From Macrostomum lignano (lineage: Eukaryota), in assembly GCA_002269645.1 (NCBI GenBank), contig NIVC01000991.1, forward strand, positions 186,001 through 250,000: a stretch of 64,000 bases of DNA. Reading direction: 5' to 3'. Both the position numbers and the translations under genes were made by a program. This document shows, piece by piece, positions 11,824-22,019 of this stretch. Position 1 is the stretch's first letter. Each line of letters begins with the position of its first letter. Under the pieces are notes generated by a model. That model did not search any database. It worked only from the letters and a program-made list of their open reading frames with translations, and had not been told where the DNA came from.

Positions 11824-12921
11824 CTGCATCGAGCAATAATTTCGCAGCAGTCCGCCACTTTTGCTGTTCGGCTGCGAGCTGGTGAACAGTTTAGCCAGGA
11901 TGTCCAGAAACTGCTGCTCAATCAGCGGCCGGTTCTCGGCCAGGTGGCTCAGGGTGCACAGAATGTCCAACGCCGACACGACATCGTCGTCCCGGTCGCC
12001 GGTGCACATCCTGCGCAGGACCGGAAGCAGCCTCAACTGCACAAAAAGCCGCTTGTTTGCATCGTTCAGTGCCAGACGATTCAAGCAGATGGTCAGCTCT
12101 GAGACATGGTAGCCTTCGGCTCTTCTTTAAACAGAATCCAAGGCCTCGCTGAGGCAGTTGACCAGAAACTCCATCGCTTCTCTGGCGCTTCCGAACATGC
12201 TCGCCTTGGTCTCATCCAGTGCGAATGCAATTAGCACCAGCGCCTGAGTTTGCACGTGCAGGATGGGGCTTTGTAGGTAGGGTATCACCGGGGCAGCTAC
12301 CATCAGGCCTGATAAGACCTTGTAGATTTCCGGATTGTTCCGATAAAGCATATTGTATGTGAATCCAATGGAAGCCGTCACAGCATGACGACAGCCCTCG
12401 ATTGAGTCATGCTTTTCGTACCAATTGGAAAGCATCGGCTTTACGAAATCATTGAACAGAAATTCAATTCGAGACAGTGCGAGACAGAATTCAAGGCTGC
12501 TGTCGGATAAGTTGTGGAAATTTCCTGTCACAAAGTATAATAGATACGAGTGAACTTTGTTAACCGCTTCAAGCTGATGTTTGCAAAAGCAAGCATCCGC
12601 CTGCACTTTGTAGATCTCGACGCACAAGCGGCTGAGACCTTCCAGCAGCTTCGGGCGCTTGGCCATCAGCTGGCTGACCTGCTCGCGGTGCTTTGCGAGC
12701 TGAGGTTCGTTCAGCTGCAGGCTCTCCATATCCCCATAGTGATCATTCATTAGAACTTGGAGGGCGCGTATCACATCAATCATTTTGTCTTTGTCAGCGA
12801 TTACTTTCTTGGCCTGTTCTGACGCAACCATTGTTTCAAGTTTACTATAGAATTTTTCCAGTTCCCCCTTCTTCTCGGCCATGAAATTTCGAAAGTCTCT
12901 GTCGCTTCTGCCTTCGGCCAT
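11824..12921 (-). CDS. Alpha-helical ARM-repeat-like protein with one in-frame TAA (12129-12127); possible nonsense allele or pseudogene
   Basis: ORFs 12127-12921 and 11752-12084 are in the same frame: ...EALDSV*RRAEGYHVSELTICLNRLALNDANKRLF...; donor CAG|GTCAGT at 11824; acceptor CTCAG 2 nt before the ATG. ARM assignment is from sequence character (LxxLAxNDxNK, ALxILxxL) only. Confidence 0.6.
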
Positions 12922-13378
12922 GTCTGAGTATCAGTATGCAGGCAAAGTACTTTTGACAGCTGAAAGGTTGAATGTTTGTACTATAGCCAGTCTACATCAT
13001 TGCGTATCGATTGAATTTCAGTATAGAATAGCAATCTAGCGCCCCCCTTCGGGGTGGCCAATAAGCAAGGGACGAATCCTTTTAAATGAAAAAAAATTCT
13101 TAGGGAGGGGGGCTAGGAATCGAATTCTCATTTTAATTCCAGGCTTATGTACCAATAAAACATGTTTGTGCAGAATTTTATAACAGACATTGAAATTCAA
13201 CCATACTTGCCTTCTTTCAGAGCTACTTCTACCAGTATGCTTCAGTACGCTACCAGTACCCTTGTAAGCCTTGACATGTCAGCAATCCCCCCCCACAAGC
13301 CTTAACATATCAAATCCCCCCTTGACATCTCAGCGATGCTCCCATAAGCCTTGAAATCTTAAAAAATCTGTCTACTTT

Positions 13379-13418
13379 CTAACCCTAACCCTAACCCTAA
13401 CCCTAACCCTAACCCTAA
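13379..13418 (+). repeat. Interstitial telomeric repeat (CCCTAA)6
   Basis: Direct reading. Confidence 0.95.
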
Positions 13419-14274
13419 AGCATTGAAATTTCAGTAATTCTCTCTAAGAGTCTATAGCACTACTACAGCATTATAGCGATTCCCTGCAAGCCTCGACATC
13501 GTAGGGATTCCCAAATGAATCTCTTAACTTCGACATGAAGCTTCTTTTTTTTTACATTACGCTTTTTCTATCAGCGATCCCTCCCGTGAGGAGCCAACAA
13601 ATAATGTAATAACTTTTTTCCAATAAACTACATGTAGCTTCTGACATTAGCCTTGACATCTCATTTATTCCCCCGTGAGCCTTGACATCTCAGCTATAGA
13701 TAGATAGATAGATAGATAGATTCCCCTCGTAAGCCTTGACATGTCAGCGATGCCCCCCATAAACCTTGAAATCTAAAAAATCCCCTGTTAACCTTGAAAC
13801 GCGCTAAAATCTAACCCTCAACCCAAACCTGACGTAAACCTAACTTTCACCCAACCTAAAGCCTTGAAATCACAGCAATTCTTCTTCCCTAAGCCTTGGC
13901 ATTTAAGTGATTCCTTCTTTAAGAATCACAGCACTATAACGATTCCCTCCAAGCTTTGACATCGTAGCAATTCCCAAATGAATCTTTTAACTTTGACATG
14001 ACTTTTATTTTATGTATACATAGTGCTCCTTTTATTTTTACATGACTCTTCTTCTATCAGCGCCCCCCCCCACCGTGGCAAGCCAACAAAGAATGCAATA
14101 AAAAAACTTAAGTAAAGTACATGTACTTTGAAGTAGCTTCTGACTTTTGCTTTAACATCTCAGAAACCCCCCTGTAATCTCAGTTATTCTCTGTGAGCCT
14201 TGACGTCTCAGTGATTCTCCCCAGCACAGCACTATAGCTTCATTTAATTTTTATGACACTTGTTTCATGTCTGA

Positions 14275-15270
14275 CATGACGCTTCTTTTGATTTTTACGT
14301 TACGCTTCTTTTATTCTTCCATGATGCTTCTTAATTTTTTAAATGACACACTTTCATTAGTTTTTATATGAGGCTTCTATGATTTTTTCATGACGCTTCT
14401 ATGTTAACATGACGCTTCTATGCTTGTTTACATGACGCTTTTATGATTGTTTACATGACGCTTGTATGATTGTTTACATGACGCTTCTATGATTGTTTAC
14501 ATGACGCTTCTATGATTGTTTACATGACGCTTCTATGATTTTTTATGACGCTTTTATGATTTTAACATGACGCTTCTATGATTTTTTACATGACGCTTCT
14601 ATGATTGTTTACATGACGCTTGTATGATTGTTTACATGACGCTTCTATGATTTTAACATGACGCTTCTATGATTGTTTACATGACGCTTCTATGATTTTT
14701 ACATGACGCTTCTATGATTTTTACATGACGCTTCTATGATTTTTTCATGACGCTTCTATGATTTTTACATGACGCTTCTATGATTTTACATGACGCTTCT
14801 ATGATTTTTACATGACGCTTCTATGATTGTTTACATGACGCTTCTATGATTGTTTACATGACGCTTTTATGATTGTTTACATGACGCTTCTATGATTTTT
14901 ACATGACGCTTCTATGATTTTTACATGACGCTTCTATGATTTTTACATGACGCTTCTATGATTGTTTACATGACGCTTGTATGATTGTTTACATGACGCT
15001 TCTATGATTTTTTATGACGCTTTTATGATTTTAACATGACGCTTCTATGATTTTTACATGACGCTTCTATGATTGTTTACATGACGCTTCTATGATTGTT
15101 TACATGACGCTTGTATGATTTTAACATGACGCTTCTATGATTGTTTACATGACGCTTCTATGATTTTTACATGACGCTTCTATGATTTTTACATGACGCT
15201 TCTATGATTTTTACATGACGCTTCTATGATTGTTTACATGACGCTTGTATGATTGTTTACATGACGCTTC
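14275..15270. repeat. Minisatellite family D (22-23 bp, CATGACGCTTCTATGATT(G)TTTA)
   Basis: Direct tandem repeat. Confidence 0.95.
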
Positions 15271-15330
15271 CATAATTTTTTTTGTCTTGGCGTTAAAAAG
15301 CTTTAATTAAAAAAACTCTACTCTCTAAAA

Positions 15331-15389
15331 ATTCGAACCATCGTCCCTGCATTTAGCAGTTTAGTCTGTTTACCTCTAGGCTAGCTCTC
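15331..15389 (-). other. Degenerate tRNA-like module capping array D
   Basis: Minus strand GAGAGCTAGCCTAGAGGTAAACAGACTAAACTGCTAAATGCAGGGACGATGGTTCGAAT: A-box-like TAGCCTAG, B-box GGTTCGAAT. Confidence 0.55.
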
Positions 15390-15414
15390 ATGAATTTTAG
15401 TCATTACCCCTAAA

Positions 15415-16762
15415 TAGAAAATATTCCCAAGACAGCAAGCATCCCCCCAGTAGCAAGCATCCCCTAATACTCCTAGCAAGCATCCACCCAGATAGCAAGC
15501 ATCTGCAGATAGCAAGCATCTGCAGATAGCAAGCATCTTGCAGATAGCAAGCATACCCCAAATAATGTAGAAGCATCCTTCCAGATAGCAAGCATCCTGC
15601 ACATAGCAAGAATCCCTAAATAGCAAGCATCCCTGGATAGAAATAATCCTATACATGTAGCCAAGCTTATCAAGCGCAGTAATCCTTGGCTATCGAGTGC
15701 AGTAATTCTTGGTTTGCCAAGTGCAGTAAGTAATCCTTGGTTTATTAATAGCAATAATCCATGGCTTATGAGTGCAGTAATCCTTGGTTTATTAATAGCA
15801 ATAATCCTTGGCTTATCGAGTGCAGTAATTCATGGTTTATTAATAGCAATAATCCTTGGCTTATCGAGTGCAGTAATCCTTGGTTTATTAATAGCAATAA
15901 TCCTTGGCTTATCGAGTGCAGTAATCCTTGGTTTATTAATAGCAATAATCCATGCCTTATCGAGTGCAGTAATCCTTGGTTTATTAATAGCAATAATCCT
16001 TGGCTTATCGAGTGCAGTAATCCTTGGTTTATTAATAGCAATAATCCTTGGCTTATCGAGTGCAGTAATCCTTGGTTTATTAATAGCAATAATCCTTGAT
16101 TAATCAAGTGCAGTAATCCTTGGTTTGCCAAGAGCAATAGTCCTTGGTTTATTGAGTGCAGTAATCCTTGGTTTATTAATAGCAATAATCCTTGGCTTAT
16201 CGAGTGCAGTAATCCTTGGTTTGCCAAGTGCATAATCCTTGGTTTATTAATAGCAATAATCCTTGGTTTATCGAGTGCAGTAATCCTTGGTTTATTAATA
16301 GCAATAATCCTTGGCTTATCGAGTGCAGTAATCCTTGGTTTATTAATAGCAATAATCCATGGCTTATCGAGTGCAGTAATCCTTGGTTTGCCAAGAGCAA
16401 TAGTCCTTGGCTTATCGAGTGCAGTAATCCTTGGTTTGCCAAGAGCAATAGTCCTTGTTTATTGAGTGCAGTAATCCTTGGTTTATTAATAGCAATAATC
16501 CTTGGCTTATCGAGTGCAGTAATCCTTGGTTTGCCAAGTGCAGTAATCCTTGGTTTATTAATAGCAATAATCCTTGGCTTATCGAGTGCAGTAATCCTTG
16601 GTTTGCCAAGTGCATAATCCTTGGTTTATTAATAGCAATAATCCATGGCTTATCGAGTGCAGTAATCCTTGGTTTGCCAAGAGCAATAGTCCTTGGCTTA
16701 TCGAGTGCAGTAATCCTTGGTTTGCCAAGAGCAATAATCCTTAGCTTATCGAGTGCAGTAAT
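15415..16762. repeat. Short family A array grading into family C (24-bp monomer, 48-bp dimer GAGTGCAGTAATCCTTGGTTTATT-AATAGCAATAATCCTTGGCTTATC)
   Basis: Direct tandem repeat; source of the LLLINQGLLH and IECSNPWF ORFs. Confidence 0.95.
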
Positions 16763-16836
16763 CTAAGTGTTTTTTTTTAGTCCTTTAATAAAAGCTTTTA
16801 ATAAAAAATTTTACACTACTACTTTTAAACTACTTA

Positions 16837-16895
16837 GATTCGAACCCAGGTCGCTGCATTAGCAGTCTGGTCTGCTCAGCTCTAGGCTAGCTCTC
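16837..16895 (-). other. tRNA-like module (Ser-GCT-like loop) capping array C
   Basis: Minus strand GAGAGCTAGCCTAGAGCTGAGCAGACCAGACTGCTAATGCAGCGACCTGGGTTCGAATC; GACTGCTAAT equals the tRNA-Ser(GCT) anticodon loop; stems imperfect, so not a functional tRNA. Confidence 0.6.
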
Positions 16896-17574
16896 ATCGA
16901 AGTTATCAGTGAATTTGTACCACTTATATAATTCAACACTCACACCAAGTCAGGTAGAGTAAAAAGTCACGCGAAGCAGTTATGACATAATCAATTTCTT
17001 AGGCAAGTCAGTACCAGTGTCTATGAAAGCTAACAATATGGTTACGTAATATAAATTCAGTACTGCACTATACTTTCACACTCAAAGCTGTGACGCAATT
17101 CAATTGAGTGTCAAATTCAGCCAGTACACAGACGATAAATAAAGTGTATTGTGATGCAATCTATTTCAGAATCAGAATTCAACCAGTCAGTTTTTCTGCT
17201 AGCATTCTTACAATGCATTTCAAGTCGAAAGCGCTGCTTGACCTTTGCAAAAAAGCATGTTTTTCGAATATTTAATCCCTTTAATATTGAGCAATTTCTT
17301 AGCCAAGATGCATGTACCGTCACGGAAAAATTTCTGATCGAACAGTGCAAGTTCGAAGAAAATCGGTTCAGCCGTTTTTGCTAAAATCGATCACACACAC
17401 ACACATATACCGACAGACCATTTTTAGTATATGGACTAGCAATCTTTGCCCCCCGTTGGGGGACATCTGGATAGAATCTCTGTTCTCTACAAGTAACAAA
17501 AAGACAGCCAAATAAAGCCTTCACAAAGACAACAGAAGAACTGCTCAAATAAAGTGTAATGCAAAAAGAAATCA

Positions 17575-17870
17575 TCCCCCAGATAGCAAGCATCCCCCAG
17601 ATAGAAAGCATCCCCCAGATAGCAAGCATCCTGCAAATAGCAAGCATCTCCCAGATAGCAAGCATCCCCCAGATAGAAAGCATCCCCCAGATAGCAAGCA
17701 TCCCCCAAAAAGCAAGCATCCCCCAGATAGCAAGCATCCCCCAAAAAGCAAGCATCCCCCAGATAGCAAGCATCCCCCAAATAGCAAGCATCCCCCAGAC
17801 AGCAAGCATCCCCCAGATAGCAAGCATCTCCCAGATAGCAAGCATCCCCAAATAGTAAGCATCCACCAGA
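17575..17870. repeat. Minisatellite family A
   Basis: GATAGCAAGCATCCCCCA tandem. Confidence 0.95.
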
Positions 17871-18027
17871 CAATAAGTAGCTAGTGCAACAATTTCCTTA
17901 GCTCTATAGTGGCTCCTTTAAAATTGGCATGACGCTTACTTTTACGTTTGAAATTGTGTAAATTTTATGTTTGACATGGCGGCTCTTTAATGTTTGACAT
18001 GGTGGCTCTTTAATGTTCGACATGGTG

Positions 18028-18306
18028 CCCTATTGCAGCGCATGGCTTAAGTACGCCAGACGCCTACACAACCTGCGCCACGCTGTGAAATGACATACCT
18101 GTGAAAGAAACCCTAAAGCAAAATTAACGCAGTTTTGGGTAAACGGCAGGAGTAACTATGACTGTCTTATCAAGCCTAAATGCCTCGGCATCTAATTAGT
18201 ACCGCGCCGCGCCGTACTAATCGCCGCTTGCCGTACGCGCTGCGCCGCGCCGTATTAGATCCGCGCCGGACGCCGTCCGCCAAAATGCCCATGCGCTGCA
18301 ATCAGG
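18028..18306. mobile_element. hAT-type MITE (279 bp) with 28S-rRNA-like core
   Basis: TIR CCCTATTGCAGCGCATGG / CCATGCGCTGCAATCAGG (16 of 18 match); 8-bp TSD ACATGGTG at 18020-18027 and 18307-18314. Confidence 0.8.
18137..18200 (+). pseudogene. Degenerate 28S rRNA fragment (helix 69-71 region)
   Basis: GGGTAAACGGCAGGAGTAACTATGACTGTCTTATCAAGCCTAAATGCCTCGGCATCTAATTAGT vs conserved eukaryotic 28S GGGTAAACGGCGGGAGTAACTATGACTCTCTTAAGGTAGCCAAATGCCTCGTCATCTAATTAGT (recalled). Confidence 0.85.
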
Positions 18307-20363
18307 ACATGGTGGCTCCTTTATGTTTGGCATGGTGGCTCTTTAATGTTCAACATGGTGGTTCTTTTACGTTTGACATGGTGGCTCTTTAATGTTTGAC
18401 ATGGTGGCTCTTTAATGTTCGACGTGGTGGCTCCTTTATGTTTGACAAGGTGGCTCTTTAATGTTTGACATGGTGGCTCCTTTATTTTTGACATGGTGGC
18501 TCTTTATTGTTTGACATGGTGGCTCTTTAATGTTCAACATGATGGCTCTTTAATGTTCGACATGGTGGCTCTTTATTGTTCGAAATTGTGGCTCTTTAAT
18601 GTTCTACATGGTGGCTCTTTAATGCTCTACATTGTGGCTCTTTAATGCTCTACATGGTGGCTCTTTAATGTTGGACATGGTGGCTCTTTATTGTTCGAAA
18701 TTGTGGCTCTTTAATGTTCTACATTGTGGCTCTTTAATGTTCTACATATTGTGGCTCTTTAATCTTTGACATGGTGGCTCTTTAATGTTTGAAATTGTGG
18801 CTCTTTAATGTTCTACATATTGTGGCTCTTTAATGTTCGACATGGTGGCTCTTTAATGTTCTACATTGTGGCTCTTTATTGTTTGACATGATGGCTTTTT
18901 AATGTTTGACATGATGGCTCTTTAATGTTCTACATTGTGGCTCTTTAATGTTCTTCATTGTGGCTCTTTAATGTTCTACATTGTGGCTCTTTAATGTTCT
19001 ACATTGTGGCTCTTTAACGTTCGACAGGGTGGCTCTTAATGTTTGACATGGAGTCACGTATGTGTTAGACATGGGGTCATGTATATATTTGGCATGGAGT
19101 CACATATATGCTTTACATGGTGGCTCTTTAATGTTTGACATGTTGGCTCTTTAATGTGTGACATAGTGGCTCTTTAATGTTTGACATGGAGTCATGTATA
19201 TATTTGGCATGGAGTCACGTATATGTTTGACATGGTGGCTCTTTAATGTTTGACATAGTGGCTCTTTTATGTTTGACATGATGGCTCTTTAATGTTCGAC
19301 ATGGTGGCTGTTTAATGTTTGTTATGGAGTCATATGTATATGTTTTACATGGTGGCTCTTTTATGTGTGACATGGAGTCACGTATATATTTGACATGGAG
19401 TCACATTTATGTTTGACATGTTGGCTCTTTAATGTGTAACATAGTGGCTCTTTAATGTTTGACATGGAGTCATGTATATATTTGGCATGGAGTCACATAT
19501 ATGTTTGACATGGTGGCTCTTTAATTTTTGACATAGTGGCTCTTTAATGTTTGACATAGTGGCTCTTTAATGTTTGACATAATGGCTCTTTAATGTTTGA
19601 CATGGTGGCTCTTTTATGTTTGACATGATGGCTCTTTAATGTTCGACATGGTGGCTGTTTAATGTTTGTTATAGAGTCATATGTATATGTTTTACATGGT
19701 GGCTCTTTTATGTGTGACATGGAGTCACGTATATATTTGACATGGAGTCACATATATGTTTGACATGGTGGCTCTTTAGTGTTCGATATGGTGGCTCTTT
19801 AATGTTTGACATGGTGACTCTTTAATGTTTGACATAGTGGCTCTTAATTTTTTACTTGGTGGCTCTTTAATGTTTGATATGGTTGCTCCTTACCAATGAC
19901 ATGGTGGCTCTTTAATGTTTGACATGGAGTCACGTATGTGTTTGACATGGAGTCACGTATATATTTGGCATGGAGTCACGTAAATGCTTTACATAGTGGC
20001 TCTTTATGTTCGAGAAAGAGTCATAAGTATATGTTTTACATGGTGGCTCTTTTATGTTTGACATGGAGTCACGTATATGTTTGACATGTAGTCACATATA
20101 TGTTTGACATGGAGTCACATATATGTTTGACATGGTGGCTCTTTAATGTTTGACATGGTGGCTTTTTAATGTTTGACATGGTGGCTCTTTAATGTTTGAC
20201 ATGGTGGCTCTTTTATGCTTGACATGGTGGCTCTTTTATGTTCGACATGGTGGCTCTTTAATGTTCAACATGGTGGCTCTTCTATGTTTGACATTGTGCT
20301 TCTTTTATGTGTAGCAGTTTTGTGTTTTTAATGTGTTTTAATAAAAAAATCTTTTTGCACTAA

Positions 20364-20421
20364 GATTTGAACCCAGGTCACTACATTAGCATCCCAGTCT
20401 GTTCACATCTGGGCTATCTCT
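20364..20421 (-). other. tRNA-like module capping array E
   Basis: Diverged homologue of 16837-16895 (plus GATTTGAACCCAGGTCACTACATTAGC...GGGCTATCTC). Confidence 0.5.
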
Positions 20422-21127
20422 TTTCATTTGGAGAACATGAATTGTGGCCCTTATAATTCAATTCTTACAGCAAGCCAATTGAAGTAGAAAGTTGTGACAT
20501 AATCAATTTCTCAGTCAGCCAGTATCAGTCTCAATTCAAGTTAGCAATATGGTCACGCAATTTCAATCAAGTCTTGTGTGCATTTCTGTGGCACTGTTTT
20601 CAACTTGTTGTGATGCAATCTTTATCTCGATCGTAATTCAGCCAGTCAGTTTTTTCTCTAGCATTCCTACAATGCATTTCAAGTCAAAAATTTGGCTTGA
20701 CCTTTGCAAAAAAGCATGTTTTTCGAATATTTAATCCCCTTAACATTGAGCAATTTCTTAGCCAAGATGCATGTACCGTCCCAGGAAAATTTCTGATCGA
20801 ATGGTGCAAGTTTGAAGAAAATTGGTTGAGCCATTTTTTCTGAAATCTATCGCATAGCTAGTTAGTTACAGACATTTCATTTTTAGTATATAGGACTAGC
20901 AATCAGCGCCCCCCGTTGGGGAGCCAAAAAATACAGCACAAGTTTTTTAATAAACTACATATAAGCGTCTCTTTGCATTATACCTCAGCAAACCCTTGTA
21001 AGCCTTGACATGCCAGCAATTCCTCCCCCCCCCACAAGCCTTAGCATATCAACTCCCCCTTGACATCTTAGCAATTCCCCCCATAAGCCTTGAAATCTTA
21101 AAAAATCTGTTAACCTTCTAAACCTAA

Positions 21128-21169
21128 CCCTAACCCTAACCCTAACCCTAACCCTAACCCTAACCCTAA
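21128..21169 (+). repeat. Interstitial telomeric repeat (CCCTAA)7
   Basis: Direct reading; same flanks as 13379-13418. Confidence 0.95.
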
Positions 21170-22019
21170 AGCATTGACATTTCAGTAATTCTCTCCGAGA
21201 GTCATTATAGCACTACAGCATTATAGCGATTCCCTGCAAGCCTCGACATCGTAGGGATTCCCAAATGAATCTCTTAACTTCGACATGAAGCTTCTTTTAT
21301 TTTTTACATTACACTTTATCTATCAGCGATCCTTCCCGTGAAGAGCCAATAAATAATGAAAACATTTTTCAATAAACTACATCATCTACATGTAGCTTGT
21401 GAATTTAGCCTTGACATCTCGGTTATTCCCCGTGAGCCTTGACATCTCAGCTATTCCCCCCGTAAGCCTTGTCATGTTAGCGATGCCCCCATAAACCTTG
21501 ATATCTGAAAAATCCCCTGTTAATCTTGAAACCCGCTAAAATCTAACCATCAACCCAAACCTGACCTAAACCTAACTTTAACCCAACCTAAAGCCTTAAA
21601 TCTCAGCAATTCTTCTCCCCTAAGCCTTGACATTTTAGTGATTCCTTATTTAAGAATCACAGCACCATAGCGATTCCCTCCAAACCTTGGCATCGTAGCA
21701 ATTCCCAAATGAATCTTTTAACTTTGACATAATGACTCTTCTTTTATGTATACATAGTGCTTCTTTTCTTTTTTACATGACTCTTCTTCTATCAGCGCCC
21801 CCTTCCCCGTAGCGAGCCAACAAAGAATGTAATAAAAAATTAAGTAAACTACATGTACTTTGAAGTAGCTTCTGACGTTTGCTACTTTGCTTCTCTGGCA
21901 TCTCAGAAACCGCCTCCCCAAAATCTCAGTTATTCTCCGTGAGCCTTGACATCTTAGTAATTCTCCCCAGCACAGCACAATAGCTTCTTTTAATTTTTAC
22001 ATGACACTTCTTTCATGTC

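Larger units (their letters stand above)
17970..20310. repeat. Minisatellite family E (23 bp, GACATGGTGGCTCTTTAATGTTT; subtype GACATGGAGTCACGTATATGTTT)
   Basis: Direct tandem repeat, interrupted by the MITE at 18028-18306. Confidence 0.95.

Noticed and set aside
17117-17384. Recurrent ORFs MMQSISESEFNQ... (also 20549, 25896, 29237, 34202)
   Set aside because: Chance ORFs in the shared non-coding element tail; starts and stops differ between copies.
18137-18200. Functional rRNA gene
   Set aside because: Only ~64 nt, mutated, and inside a TIR/TSD-bounded element.
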